Below, piece after piece: positions 1-8,027 of a DNA stretch of 20,000 bases. Both the position numbers and the translations under genes were made by a program. The notes under the pieces are model-generated. The model was not told the origin of the DNA. It did not search any database and worked only from the letters and a program-made list of their open reading frames with translations. Positions within the stretch are counted from its first letter, which is position 1; each line of letters begins with the position of its first letter. Origin of the DNA: an uncultured virus (IMG/VR IMGVR_UViG_3300009152_002325) (Duplodnaviria; Heunggongvirae; Uroviricota; Caudoviricetes); the IMG/VR virus record IMGVR_UViG_3300009152_002325. One strand, written 5' to 3'.

Positions 1-1578
1 ATCTAAAATCTTTGTAGCTGCGCTTATAAGCTTGGTAGCAACTCCAAGAAACTCTTCTCCAACATCTGCAAGCTCTGCTTTAAGGCCTTCTATAGCCCTC
101 TTGTATTTACCAGATGCGGACTCTGTAACCATTTTTAATTCTCGGCTAGCAACTGCTGCTAAATCTGAAGTGCTTGCTTTCATTAAATCTAAAACTTGAA
201 GAGTCTGGCTACCCTGCTTTCCTAAGTTGTTAAGCAATGCGCTCATTCTTGCAAATTGGAACTTACCAAACATTTGCTCCATTGCTCTTGCTTTACTTAA
301 TGGATCTAAACCATCAAGAGCTTTCTGCAAATCCATAAGCAAGCCAGTTGTATTTCCAGTATTTTTTGCAACCATTCCCATTACATCTATGCCAAAATCT
401 GACATCATGCCAACTGTTTGTTTTGTTGGGTTAATAAGTGATGCTAGACCAGACTTTAAAGCATTGGCGCCTTCTGATGCGCTAATTCCACCTTCTCTCA
501 TTGCAGTTAAATAGAGAGCTAAATCTTTAACACTTCCTCCAAGCTGTTGAATTACTGGTCCAGCTTTTGGGATAGCCTCTACTAGGTCATTAAGAGTTGT
601 TGAAGTTTGGTTTTCAACTGCGTTGAGAAAGTTAATTGATTCAGTTAGTTGTTGAGTATTTTGCTTAAAAGCTGTCTGAATAGAAAGAGTTGCTTTCATT
701 GCATCTTGTCTATCTACTTCACCGAGTATTGCTAGTCTTGTTGTTTCTGCAATTGATCCAAGGAGCTCGTCACCAGTTTGTCCTGTTGCCGCGATATCAG
801 CACCTAGCGCAATAGTTTCTTTAAAAGATGCACCCATTGTCTTAGATAAAACTTTTGCTGTTTCAACAACTTCTTCTCTAATTGCTCTTAAATCTGAAGC
901 GGATGTAGCTGCAAGACCGCCATAAACTTTTGTTAATCTTACAAGCTCTGCGTCTGCTTCTCTAAATGCTTTTCCAGCTGCCGCTCCAAACATAGTTAGA
1001 GGAACTGTGAGTCCTACGGTAAGCTGTCTACCTGCCCACTGAGTATTTTTACCCCAGTTAATTAAAGACCCTGCTCCTTCAGATAATGCACGATTCATAA
1101 TCTGCATTTCCATGCGAGCTAATTTTCCGCTATTTGCTATTGCATCTAAGCCTCTAGGAATCATTACATTGTATTGCATTAAACCTTGAGCATTTCTGCC
1201 CAGAGGTTGCAGTACTGAATTTTGAAGCATTACCTGTTCTTTGGCAAGCTCCCTGATCATACCCTTTTGAGTTGTAGAGTGCTCTCTAAATGTTTGGAAA
1301 TAGTTCTTAAGCTTTAGTCTACCAGCATCTAAGTTTTTACCAAATTTATCTACATCAGAATTAAGGTTTACAAAGTGGCTGGAGAACTGTCCGCTTCCAG
1401 TTAAGGTATCTCTGAATAGATTATTTGCTAATTTTGTTGAAGAAGATATTGCTTTGTTTGATGCAAGGAGTTCTCTTTGTAGTTGCTGGAGACTAGCACT
1501 AGCCCTGTGTACTTCAGACACAAGGCTAGACAAGTCGGCTTTGGCGACTATACTGGTTACAATTTGTTCGTCAGCCAT
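1..1578 (-). CDS. Tail tape measure protein, TP901 family (5' part; runs off the window)
   Basis: Missing from the ORF track because its stop lies outside the window. The ATG at 1578 overlaps the upstream stop (TAATG) and has an AGGAG RBS. Translation starts MADEQIVTSIVAKADLSSLVSEV and includes WGKNTQWAGRQLTVGLTVPL and INFLNAVENQTSTTLNDLVEAIPKAGP...EGGISASEGANALKSGLASLINP, typical of the tape measure core. It lies directly after the chaperones. Confidence 0.93.
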   Translation of the reverse strand, partial: MADEQIVTSIVAKADLSSLVSEVHRASASLQQLQRELLASNKAISSSTKLANNLFRDTLTGSGQFSSHFVNLNSDVDKFGKNLDAGRLKLKNYFQTFREHSTTQKGMIRELAKEQVMLQNSVLQPLGRNAQGLMQYNVMIPRGLDAIANSGKLARMEMQIMNRALSEGAGSLINWGKNTQWAGRQLTVGLTVPLTMFGAAAGKAFREADAELVRLTKVYGGLAATSASDLRAIREEVVETAKVLSKTMGASFKETIALGADIAATGQTGDELLGSIAETTRLAILGEVDRQDAMKATLSIQTAFKQNTQQLTESINFLNAVENQTSTTLNDLVEAIPKAGPVIQQLGGSVKDLALYLTAMREGGISASEGANALKSGLASLINPTKQTVGMMSDFGIDVMGMVAKNTGNTTGLLMDLQKALDGLDPLSKARAMEQMFGKFQFARMSALLNNLGKQGSQTLQVLDLMKASTSDLAAVASRELKMVTESASGKYKRAIEGLKAELADVGEEFLGVATKLISAATKILD

Positions 1579-1949
1579 TAATTACTCCTAGAATATCCTA
1601 ACCCTGCGCCAATTCCAAATCCAGCTTGTGCTGCGAATGGCCCTTGTAATCCAACAACATCATCTGCTGATGCTGTTATACCAAGTGCTCTTCTTTGGAT
1701 ATCTTCAAAGGTAGAACCTTTTTTTTCTTCTTCTACATCATCATCTAATTGTATTCCTTTTAGTGATGCTGCAAACTTTCTTTGGTTGTGCTCTTTTAGG
1801 TTTATCGCTGTTATGGTTTGAACCAACTCTGGCATCGATAAATTTTCTTCTAGCTCTTCATAATTCTTCCAGTGTCCCAGAAGAAAAACTTGGCCTTCTA
1901 AAGCGGCTAAATCTAGTTCTGACCAGCCAGTACTGCTGCCGCTATCAGG
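1578..1949 (-). CDS. Tail assembly chaperone, frameshifted C-terminal segment (gpT-like part of a gpGT fusion)
   Basis: The frame of track ORF 1578..1835 stays open up to a TAA at 1965-1967 and reads ...GWSELDLAALEGQVFLLGHWKNYEELEENLSMPELVQT.... It is the -1 frame of the upstream chaperone and is entered at slippery site CCCAAAC (1949-1955). Confidence 0.8.
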   Translation of the reverse strand, partial: PDSGSSTGWSELDLAALEGQVFLLGHWKNYEELEENLSMPELVQTITAINLKEHNQRKFAASLKGIQLDDDVEEEKKGSTFEDIQRRALGITASADDVVGLQGPFAAQAGFGIGAGLGYSRSN

Positions 1950-2245
1950 TTTGGGTCGTCCATCTTAATTCCTCCGCAAACTTCAAGGATGCGGTTAATT
2001 GTTGGAACGTCTAATGCTTCTTCTAGCTTGTCTAGGTCTGCAACTAGATCTGGTAGCTGAGTTTCTATTGCAACTCCGCATGCTTCTACCAAAATACCAA
2101 GTGTTGCAGCTTCGTCTTCTGCGTCTTGAACTTTTTTAATTACTTCCATAAACTTTCGTAGTTGCTTGATTGATAATGGCTTGAGCTTTACTTTAGCTCC
2201 GCTTTGTAGTTCAATCTCTTCTACGTCATATACTGTTGTTGCCAT
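1913..2245 (-). CDS. Tail assembly chaperone (gpG-like), 110 aa
   Basis: Small acidic protein between the major tail and tape measure genes, with a strong AAGGAGG RBS; it ends ...MDDPNLIAAAVLAGQN, and the DPN codons hold the slippery heptamer. Confidence 0.85.
   Translation of the reverse strand: MATTVYDVEEIELQSGAKVKLKPLSIKQLRKFMEVIKKVQDAEDEAATLGILVEACGVAIETQLPDLVADLDKLEEALDVPTINRILEVCGGIKMDDPNLIAAAVLAGQN
1949..1955 (-). promoter_or_regulatory. Programmed -1 ribosomal frameshift site C CCA AAC
   Basis: X XXY YYZ heptamer correctly phased in the chaperone frame (GAC CCA AAC). The -1 frame is closed by TAA a few codons upstream and open for 123 codons downstream. Confidence 0.82.
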
Positions 2246-2273
2246 TGTATCCTCCTTAAGGATCGTCTAAATT

Positions 2274-2302
2274 ATTATAGCATAATCATTATAAGGGTAC
2301 AA
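2274..2302 (-). promoter_or_regulatory. Sigma70-type promoter for the chaperone and tape measure genes
   Basis: Minus strand TTGTAC-N17-TATAAT with an extended -10 (TGcTATAAT), just downstream of the major tail terminator. Confidence 0.65.
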
Positions 2303-2305
2303 CAG

Positions 2306-2333
2306 CAAAGCCCCCAATTTCTTGGGGGCTTTG
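2306..2333 (-). terminator. Intrinsic terminator after the major tail gene
   Basis: Perfect 12-bp inverted repeat; minus strand CAAAGCCCCCAA-GAAA-TTGGGGGCTTTG followed by a weak T-rich tail (CTGTTGT); about 20 nt after the stop codon. Confidence 0.75.
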
Positions 2334-2352
2334 ATATTAATTATTAATATAA

Positions 2353-3126
2353 TTAAGCTGATAGAACACGGTCAATAATTTTACCGTACTCTGAACCAAT
2401 GTGGCTTGCTTCACCTGATGGGAGAAGACGGAATGTCACTGGGAATGTTGTTGCTGCTGTACGAGCCAAAGAGAACTGTGACTGCTCAACAGACAAAACA
2501 CGACGTGCATAGTATACACGCTCTGTTGTTATATTAGCGCCTGAATCATCTCTTGTTGGAGCTTGTCCAATTGCAATTAGTTGACGCTCTGTTGGAGCTG
2601 CACCTAGTGCGCCTGCTTCCAAGCCTAGTACGTCAACGTCAGAACCCTTTACTAGCGTTGATCCCTTTTGTCCAAATACTGCTAGGATATTTTCTAGAGT
2701 ACCTTCTGCCATTTCTGTTGAAATTTGAACCTGCATAGCAGACTTGAAAAGCTTAGCTGTATCGAGCAACTGATCAACAGTTACTGAATCGAATGTTGGC
2801 TGGTAGCTGATCTGAAGACCGTTATTTGTGTAACCTACGTTACGATATGCTCCACCCTTTTTTGGGTTAGATGCTGTAAACGGAGCTGTTGCTTGTGTAG
2901 TAGCTGTGTCTACAGATACCTTATTTAATGTATCTGTGTAAGACTCTCCTGCTAAGAATGCTGGTACGTAACGGTTTTTATCTGCAACGAAAGCATTTTC
3001 TGGGGTTGCCCCTGCTTCCATGCTATTATCATAACCATTTACGGTTGAATCTTCTACTGACAAAAATAGTGGTGATGCTCCAACAAGAATGTTGCGGGCG
3101 TCTCCTGTATTTTGATATGTTGCCAT
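2353..3126 (-). CDS. Major tail (tube) protein, 257 aa
   Basis: Start moved to ATG 3126 because AGGAGG precedes it. Motifs NILVGASPLF, YRNVGYTNNGLQISYQP..VTVDQLLD and TFPVTFRLLP fit a siphovirus tail tube; flanked by its own promoter and terminator. Confidence 0.85.
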   Translation of the reverse strand: MATYQNTGDARNILVGASPLFLSVEDSTVNGYDNSMEAGATPENAFVADKNRYVPAFLAGESYTDTLNKVSVDTATTQATAPFTASNPKKGGAYRNVGYTNNGLQISYQPTFDSVTVDQLLDTAKLFKSAMQVQISTEMAEGTLENILAVFGQKGSTLVKGSDVDVLGLEAGALGAAPTERQLIAIGQAPTRDDSGANITTERVYYARRVLSVEQSQFSLARTAATTFPVTFRLLPSGEASHIGSEYGKIIDRVLSA

Positions 3127-3200
3127 AATTGTATTGCCTCCTGATTTCATATGAAATTAATATATATATTTTGGCTGGCTAGGCCCTTTCCTCTGTTCTA

Positions 3201-3229
3201 ATTTTACTCTACTATATTATAAAAGGCAA
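3201..3229 (-). promoter_or_regulatory. Sigma70-type promoter for the major tail gene
   Basis: Minus strand TTGCCT-N17-TAAAAT; the 10-mer TTTGCCTTTT also occurs at the protease promoter (8843-8852). Confidence 0.65.
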
Positions 3230-3230
3230 A

Positions 3231-3740
3231 TTAGGCAAACCTGCCCTGGCCATTTGTTATCCTTGAATATTTGACCTCTAATATGACATCTGCTGCATAG
3301 AATCCTTGGATTTCTTCTGATGGAGCTGTAGATGATATGTCTGCTATATGGATACTATGGAATTTGAATTTATCTGATAACCCCGCCCATTTATTCACAT
3401 CTCTGGCAGATTCATCCATTCTTCTGAATTCATCTGTTAGGAAGTTTCTTATTTCAACAATATCGATAAGTTCTGGAGAATATAGTGTTAGCAGTATTTG
3501 CTCGCAGCATATCATCCAGTTATTCTCATAAGACATTCCTATCTTGTCGTAGACTATATGCTTCTTACCGCTTAAAAACTGATTCATCTCTGGTTGTTGC
3601 TGGACTGGAACAATTGGCACAAGAGTCTCATTTAGATTATCTGAATAATATTCTTCCTCGTTGAATATGCCTAACCATGTAAGCCTGTTCCAAAGGAACT
3701 TTCTTATTTCAAACATTGCATCTAATTTATAATTAGCCAT
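3231..3740 (-). CDS. Putative tail terminator / tail completion protein, 169 aa
   Basis: Start moved to ATG 3740 (MANYKLDAMF), which has a GAGG RBS and overlaps the upstream gene end. Size and position just before the tail tube gene fit; call based mainly on gene order. Confidence 0.6.
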   Translation of the reverse strand: MANYKLDAMFEIRKFLWNRLTWLGIFNEEEYYSDNLNETLVPIVPVQQQPEMNQFLSGKKHIVYDKIGMSYENNWMICCEQILLTLYSPELIDIVEIRNFLTDEFRRMDESARDVNKWAGLSDKFKFHSIHIADISSTAPSEEIQGFYAADVILEVKYSRITNGQGRFA

Positions 3741-4524
3741 GTGATAACCTCGCAAATGCTGATGATGTTGCAGCCTCAGCTTCACTTGCCAATTGATTTG
3801 GTGAGAAACTATATTTAACTGATTTAACTTGTGCTGGTACACCCAGCGCTCTAGACAATGATGAATTAAATAATCTCTGGAATCCCGATTTTTTTATAGA
3901 CATATTGACTAGCTGTCCAGTAAAGAAATATCTATACTGTGCAAAGAAGGCGTTTTTGGTTGCCGCACCTCCTGGTTTTCTAACAGTAACGGATTCGCCT
4001 TTTGGCATAAATATTGTGTATCCGTCTACATCAAATACCAGCCTTTCAGAAAATCTTGGCCTTATGACTACAGTCTTTCCCTCTTCCATAACAGAAGCTT
4101 TTTTTACAAAGACGTGTTTATTGTTAGAGTTTTCAGATGGTACAAAAGACTTTGAGTCAGTTAGTTCGTAATTAATTTTTAATGATAATCCATCTGCAGG
4201 AAGCTTATTTAATTTAAATAGTCTTGCCTCGCTATCTCCTACTCTTCCCCATTCGTAAACATGGTGAAAAGATTTTGGAGATGTTCTTGCTTTTGCGTCT
4301 ATATAGTCTGCAAAGTCGATCTGAACCTGATCAAATATGACACTTCTAAATGCTGATTGAAACTGTGGGTTAGCAGCAAGCTTAGCCATAACATTTGTTT
4401 TATAAAATAAAGCTGCAGATATCTGAGCAACTGTGCTGTCTTTTATTGCACCACTTACTGGCTTATTAGACATTAAATTAACTAATCCGCTTGCTGCTTT
4501 AATTGCTAAAATTTCAGATGCCAA
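3733..4524 (-). CDS. Putative neck / tail completion protein, about 263 aa
   Basis: Likely TTG start at 4524 (MASEILAIK) after GGAG, overlapping the upstream gene end. Basic protein with HHVYEWG and FVKKASVMEEG..VVIRP motifs, located between the head closure and terminator genes. Confidence 0.55.
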   Translation of the reverse strand: MASEILAIKAASGLVNLMSNKPVSGAIKDSTVAQISAALFYKTNVMAKLAANPQFQSAFRSVIFDQVQIDFADYIDAKARTSPKSFHHVYEWGRVGDSEARLFKLNKLPADGLSLKINYELTDSKSFVPSENSNNKHVFVKKASVMEEGKTVVIRPRFSERLVFDVDGYTIFMPKGESVTVRKPGGAATKNAFFAQYRYFFTGQLVNMSIKKSGFQRLFNSSLSRALGVPAQVKSVKYSFSPNQLASEAEAATSSAFARLSHG

Positions 4525-4939
4525 TTTGTTGATTCTCCGCTCTTTCCAATGAAGAATTGTATCCAACAACATTTCCAAAAGGATCTGCTATTGGGGTTGT
4601 TCCCATAACATCAAATACAGTATCTGTATCATTTGGGTAATTTAATTCATACCATATTGGTTTCCCATTGACATCTCTAATATTCTTAACTTTATCTCTA
4701 GCAGTAAGTCTTTCAGATGTTCTAACTTCTATAGACTGATCATTAGAATATTTGTTAGAAAATTTTTGCTTGTCATTTCCTTTAGCCCCGCCCTGCGTAA
4801 TAATTCCACGAGCATAACAATCTAATGTTTTAATATAAGAAAACTCTCTAACCATTGCACCAGTGTTTGGATCCTGCCGTTCTGATTGACGGTAGACATC
4901 CATTTTCATGGTCATTAAACCATCAACCACGTCAAACAT
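4514..4939 (-). CDS. Putative head closure (stopper) protein, 141 aa
   Basis: Small, probably beta-rich protein (DVYRQ..QDPNTGAMVREF; FDVMGTTPIADPFG) coupled by TAATG to the adaptor gene. Confidence 0.6.
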   Translation of the reverse strand: MFDVVDGLMTMKMDVYRQSERQDPNTGAMVREFSYIKTLDCYARGIITQGGAKGNDKQKFSNKYSNDQSIEVRTSERLTARDKVKNIRDVNGKPIWYELNYPNDTDTVFDVMGTTPIADPFGNVVGYNSSLERAENQQIGI

Positions 4940-5922
4940 TACACCAGTACCATTTGTGTTATAACATAGTCTGCTAAAAGTTTATCTGCGTAAGAAGATC
5001 CTGTTCCGCTAAAAGCTTCAGAAGAATACTCAAAGTCCCAGTCTGTTGTGGAGATCTTTTTAACGTATCTATCTCTCCATACACGGTCTTTTGCAAAGTA
5101 CATCTTCATTAGCTCAACTGCTGCGTCTCTAACTTCATTTGGAATATAATCCCAGCCGAATCTTGCATAAACTTTATACGACTTTGATCTTCTAAAAATA
5201 TTTGGGGAAGAGTCATTTATTGAAGGCGGTACCATTCCATTTGCAATATATACATCGTCATTAACGCCAGAAAAATGATTGGCTCTTATTCCAAATCCAC
5301 TTACTGTATTTTCAACAACTATGCCTAAGTTGTTAATGCTATTGATATTGTCTATAAGCAATTCATCATTGGCATATAGGGTATGTAGCCTATTTATTTT
5401 TTTAGGCATTGAAAGTGTATCTGAATCACTTCCTATTGTAAAGAATCTATCATCATGCAAATAAAACTTTTGCCCTGTATGCCCTTCAATTATGTTTCTT
5501 GCGTATCTTTCTGCTAGCTTTAATTCCTGATGTGTTTTATGATTTGGATCATTTGCATCTGAACCAAGTCCCATTTCTTGTGCTGCTTCTTGTATATCGA
5601 CATACGGAGTAATAACATCAAGGTAGGTTGTATTTGAATAGGATACGGAGTCGTATTGCCAATCCCATATTAATTTAAACTTTCTGTTTCTTGTTGTATG
5701 CTGTATTGGAAGGTATACGCTAAATGAGCCCTGATCTACTTCACTTGCTTCTGCTGTAACAGTAGCAATAATTGTTGAAGGACTAATTTGTGGAGAGACA
5801 ACTGGATCACCAGTTATATCATAAAATTTTACGATTACTGATGCGGTAGGCGTAACTGCTTCACCTTTTACGTAAAGCTTTGTTGTGGCTGCCGTGCTTG
5901 TATTCTGGTATATCTCTGCCAT
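4939..5922 (-). CDS. Head-tail adaptor/connector with an extra N-terminal beta-rich domain, 327 aa
   Basis: TPYVDIQE...AERYARNIIEGHTGQKF and the C-terminal GWDYIPNEVRDAAVELMKMYF...ADKLLADY match the gp6/gp15-type adaptor pattern; about 105 extra N-terminal residues. Confidence 0.7.
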   Translation of the reverse strand: MAEIYQNTSTAATTKLYVKGEAVTPTASVIVKFYDITGDPVVSPQISPSTIIATVTAEASEVDQGSFSVYLPIQHTTRNRKFKLIWDWQYDSVSYSNTTYLDVITPYVDIQEAAQEMGLGSDANDPNHKTHQELKLAERYARNIIEGHTGQKFYLHDDRFFTIGSDSDTLSMPKKINRLHTLYANDELLIDNINSINNLGIVVENTVSGFGIRANHFSGVNDDVYIANGMVPPSINDSSPNIFRRSKSYKVYARFGWDYIPNEVRDAAVELMKMYFAKDRVWRDRYVKKISTTDWDFEYSSEAFSGTGSSYADKLLADYVITQMVLV

Positions 5923-5931
5923 TTGTTAGGC

Positions 5932-6330
5932 TTAGTTGTAATACTCCTGTACTTCTCTAGGTGTAGCCAATCTAAACCCTTCCTCCTTATCAAAAATTTC
6001 TTGAGCCACATCGGGCTTCATTGCTACAAATGGGTGCTCTATTGTAAATGTAAACCCTAGCGCATCATATCTATAGTTTGGTCGATCCATCTTTACAAGA
6101 ACCATATCTTCATCAAGTTTTTGATTTGGATCCAGTCTAGGAAGAATTTCATCTGAGTCTTCTTTTGCATTTTCTATGTTCTTAAGTGTTCCTTGGTAAA
6201 CTGACCAAGTTACTCCTTCTTCTGCAAGTGATGCGATAATATCTGCTTTGTTTTTTAGGCCGTCCACGTCAACTGCGAAGTCCGCTGCTAATGTTTTTAG
6301 TTCCTTGACCTTAAGTGTGTCAAATGACAT
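5932..6330 (-). CDS. Hypothetical protein with an N-terminal HeH/Rho-N-like motif, 132 aa
   Basis: Start moved to ATG 6330 (AAAGGAG RBS). FDTLKVKELKTLAADFAVDVDGLKNKADIIASL resembles a helix-extension-helix motif often found in genes after the capsid gene. Confidence 0.6.
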   Translation of the reverse strand: MSFDTLKVKELKTLAADFAVDVDGLKNKADIIASLAEEGVTWSVYQGTLKNIENAKEDSDEILPRLDPNQKLDEDMVLVKMDRPNYRYDALGFTFTIEHPFVAMKPDVAQEIFDKEEGFRLATPREVQEYYN

Positions 6331-6357
6331 ATATATACTCCTTTGGTATGTATACAA

Positions 6358-6366
6358 ATTATAGCA
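6358..6366 (-). promoter_or_regulatory. Extended -10 promoter after the capsid terminator
   Basis: Minus strand TGCTATAAT, identical to the element at 2274-2282; only a weak -35 (TTTTCA) at 17-nt spacing. Confidence 0.55.
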
Positions 6367-6376
6367 CTATAAAATT

Positions 6377-6408
6377 AAAATGAAAAGCCCCTAAAATTAA
6401 TTAGGGGC
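6377..6408 (-). terminator. Intrinsic terminator after the major capsid gene
   Basis: Minus strand GCCCCTAA-TTAATT-TTAGGGGC followed by TTTTCATTTT, about 25 nt after the stop codon. Confidence 0.8.
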
Positions 6409-6432
6409 CTTTCCAGCAAGTTATTTCTTAAA

Positions 6433-7482
6433 TTAAGAAGCAACCTTAACGTCTTTAACGACTACCCATGCGTCTGCCTGCTCAATTTGGGTACCCACGC
6501 GAGTATACATTGTATATTCGATTGAGTCCTTCTTTGGCCAGAAGAAGCGGTAAACAGTTACATCACGCTTGATACCAATAACAACGTTATTTGGGAATGT
6601 CAAGTGGACGTCTCCGTGCTCTCCTGTTGGTGTTGCATATGATCCTACCTGAGTTTCCTTAAGTAGTGGAACTTCAACAATTGGAATACCAAATGCAAAT
6701 GGTGCAACATATCCTGCTGGACCACCTAGACCACCCTGGTCTCCACGGATGATGCTTGAAGCAATATCCTGTGGGTTAACGTTCTGGATGTTCTGTGAAG
6801 TTGAATACAAGTAATCTTGTATAAGGTTTGAGCCTGCAAGGAAGCGTAGGTCTGGACGACGCTGCTTGTACTTACGTGGCATTGCCTTAAGGGCCTTGTT
6901 GAAGATGTCACGGGAAATTGCTGCACCCGCTCCAGCTACTACACGACCATTTGTCTTTGCAATCTTAACAACACCGTCGAATGACTTGTAAAGTGCATCT
7001 CCAGTTAGAGCTGTGTTACCGTTAAGAACTACGTCCTCAAGGTCGTTACCAGCCTGTGTTGCCATAAGTCTTGCAATGTGATCTTCTAGATCTGCACCTT
7101 CAATGTTATCTTCTAGAGACTCAGTTGAAAGCTCCCAATCTAGACGAAGCTTCTTTGTTGTGAGAGAAATCTTTGAGAACTGTACAGCTGCATTTGAGCC
7201 AGTGTTCTCTGCTTCAGCTGCAAGCTTCATAAGCTTCTCACCGACGCCAATACGATCAATCTCTGTAGTGTCAGCTCTCATTCGAACTGTACGTGCTACC
7301 TTACCAATTACTGTTGCATCGAACATGTAATCGAGGAATCTTGCGGATTGCTCAGGATTGAGCAAGCCTCCCTTACCCTCGGAACCTACGTGAATTCCGT
7401 TGGTAGGGTCCGCAGCGCCAGTCATTCCACCTGTTAGTGTTGTGCCTGCTTCTGCTGCTTTTGCTAATAGTTCATTACTCAT
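6433..7482 (-). CDS. Major capsid protein (HK97 fold), 349 aa
   Basis: Motifs GGLLNPEQSARFLDY, LTTKKLRLDWELSTESLEDNIEG, QAGNDLEDVVLNG and FGIPIVEVP; follows the protease/scaffold gene and precedes a terminator. Confidence 0.92.
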   Translation of the reverse strand: MSNELLAKAAEAGTTLTGGMTGAADPTNGIHVGSEGKGGLLNPEQSARFLDYMFDATVIGKVARTVRMRADTTEIDRIGVGEKLMKLAAEAENTGSNAAVQFSKISLTTKKLRLDWELSTESLEDNIEGADLEDHIARLMATQAGNDLEDVVLNGNTALTGDALYKSFDGVVKIAKTNGRVVAGAGAAISRDIFNKALKAMPRKYKQRRPDLRFLAGSNLIQDYLYSTSQNIQNVNPQDIASSIIRGDQGGLGGPAGYVAPFAFGIPIVEVPLLKETQVGSYATPTGEHGDVHLTFPNNVVIGIKRDVTVYRFFWPKKDSIEYTMYTRVGTQIEQADAWVVVKDVKVAS

Positions 7483-7499
7483 TAGTTTTCACCATACCC

Positions 7500-8027
7500 T
7501 TATTTTGTTAATTCGCTAACGGAACCGAGGAAAGTGCCGTTCCATTTTGATTTTTTGATTGTTACTCCTGTTGACCCGCCAAGGTCAGAGGACTTCTTGA
7601 TTGCAGTGTCTGATTCTACTGCGTCTACTCTTTTTTCAACTGTGTCCATGATGGACTTGATTGAATCAACTGCTGTTGAGAGTTCTGTGTGCTTTTCTGC
7701 TAATTCTGAAATTCTCAAATCGACATTCTTGCTAAAAGCTTCGACTGTTTCCTTGATTGTTGAAACCTGAGCAGCGTTTGCCTCAGAGGCCTTTTCCAAA
7801 GTCTCTGAGAAGAAACCCTTAAGGTCGCCTAGCATTTTAACAAAGTCAGGTGACTCCTGAGATGTTAGTTCTGCTGATTTTTCCAGAACTTCGGCAGAAG
7901 TTACTTCAGCTACAATTTCAGCAGAATCTTGTTCTACTGGGGCAACTTCTTCAATAATTTCTGCAGGTGTTTCTACAACTGCTTCTTCTACTACTGGAGT
8001 TGCTTCTGTTACATTAAGCTTTTCCAC
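7500..8027 (-). CDS. Putative nested in-frame scaffolding protein (internal GTG start), 175 aa
   Basis: AAGGAGG (8035-8041) lies 7 nt before an in-frame GTG at 8027, exactly where the acidic, coiled-coil-like region begins. Confidence 0.55.
   Translation of the reverse strand: MEKLNVTEATPVVEEAVVETPAEIIEEVAPVEQDSAEIVAEVTSAEVLEKSAELTSQESPDFVKMLGDLKGFFSETLEKASEANAAQVSTIKETVEAFSKNVDLRISELAEKHTELSTAVDSIKSIMDTVEKRVDAVESDTAIKKSSDLGGSTGVTIKKSKWNGTFLGSVSELTK

Noticed and set aside
2249..2263. ATCCT/AGGAT hairpin overlapping the chaperone RBS
   Set aside because: Only a 5-bp stem, which could easily be chance.
3741..4578. Long N-terminal extensions in the ORF track (3842 and 4578 starts; likewise 3150, 6357 and 17475)
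   Set aside because: They overlap neighbouring genes or promoters, and downstream starts have better RBS or coupling (3740, 4524, 3126, 6330, 17412).
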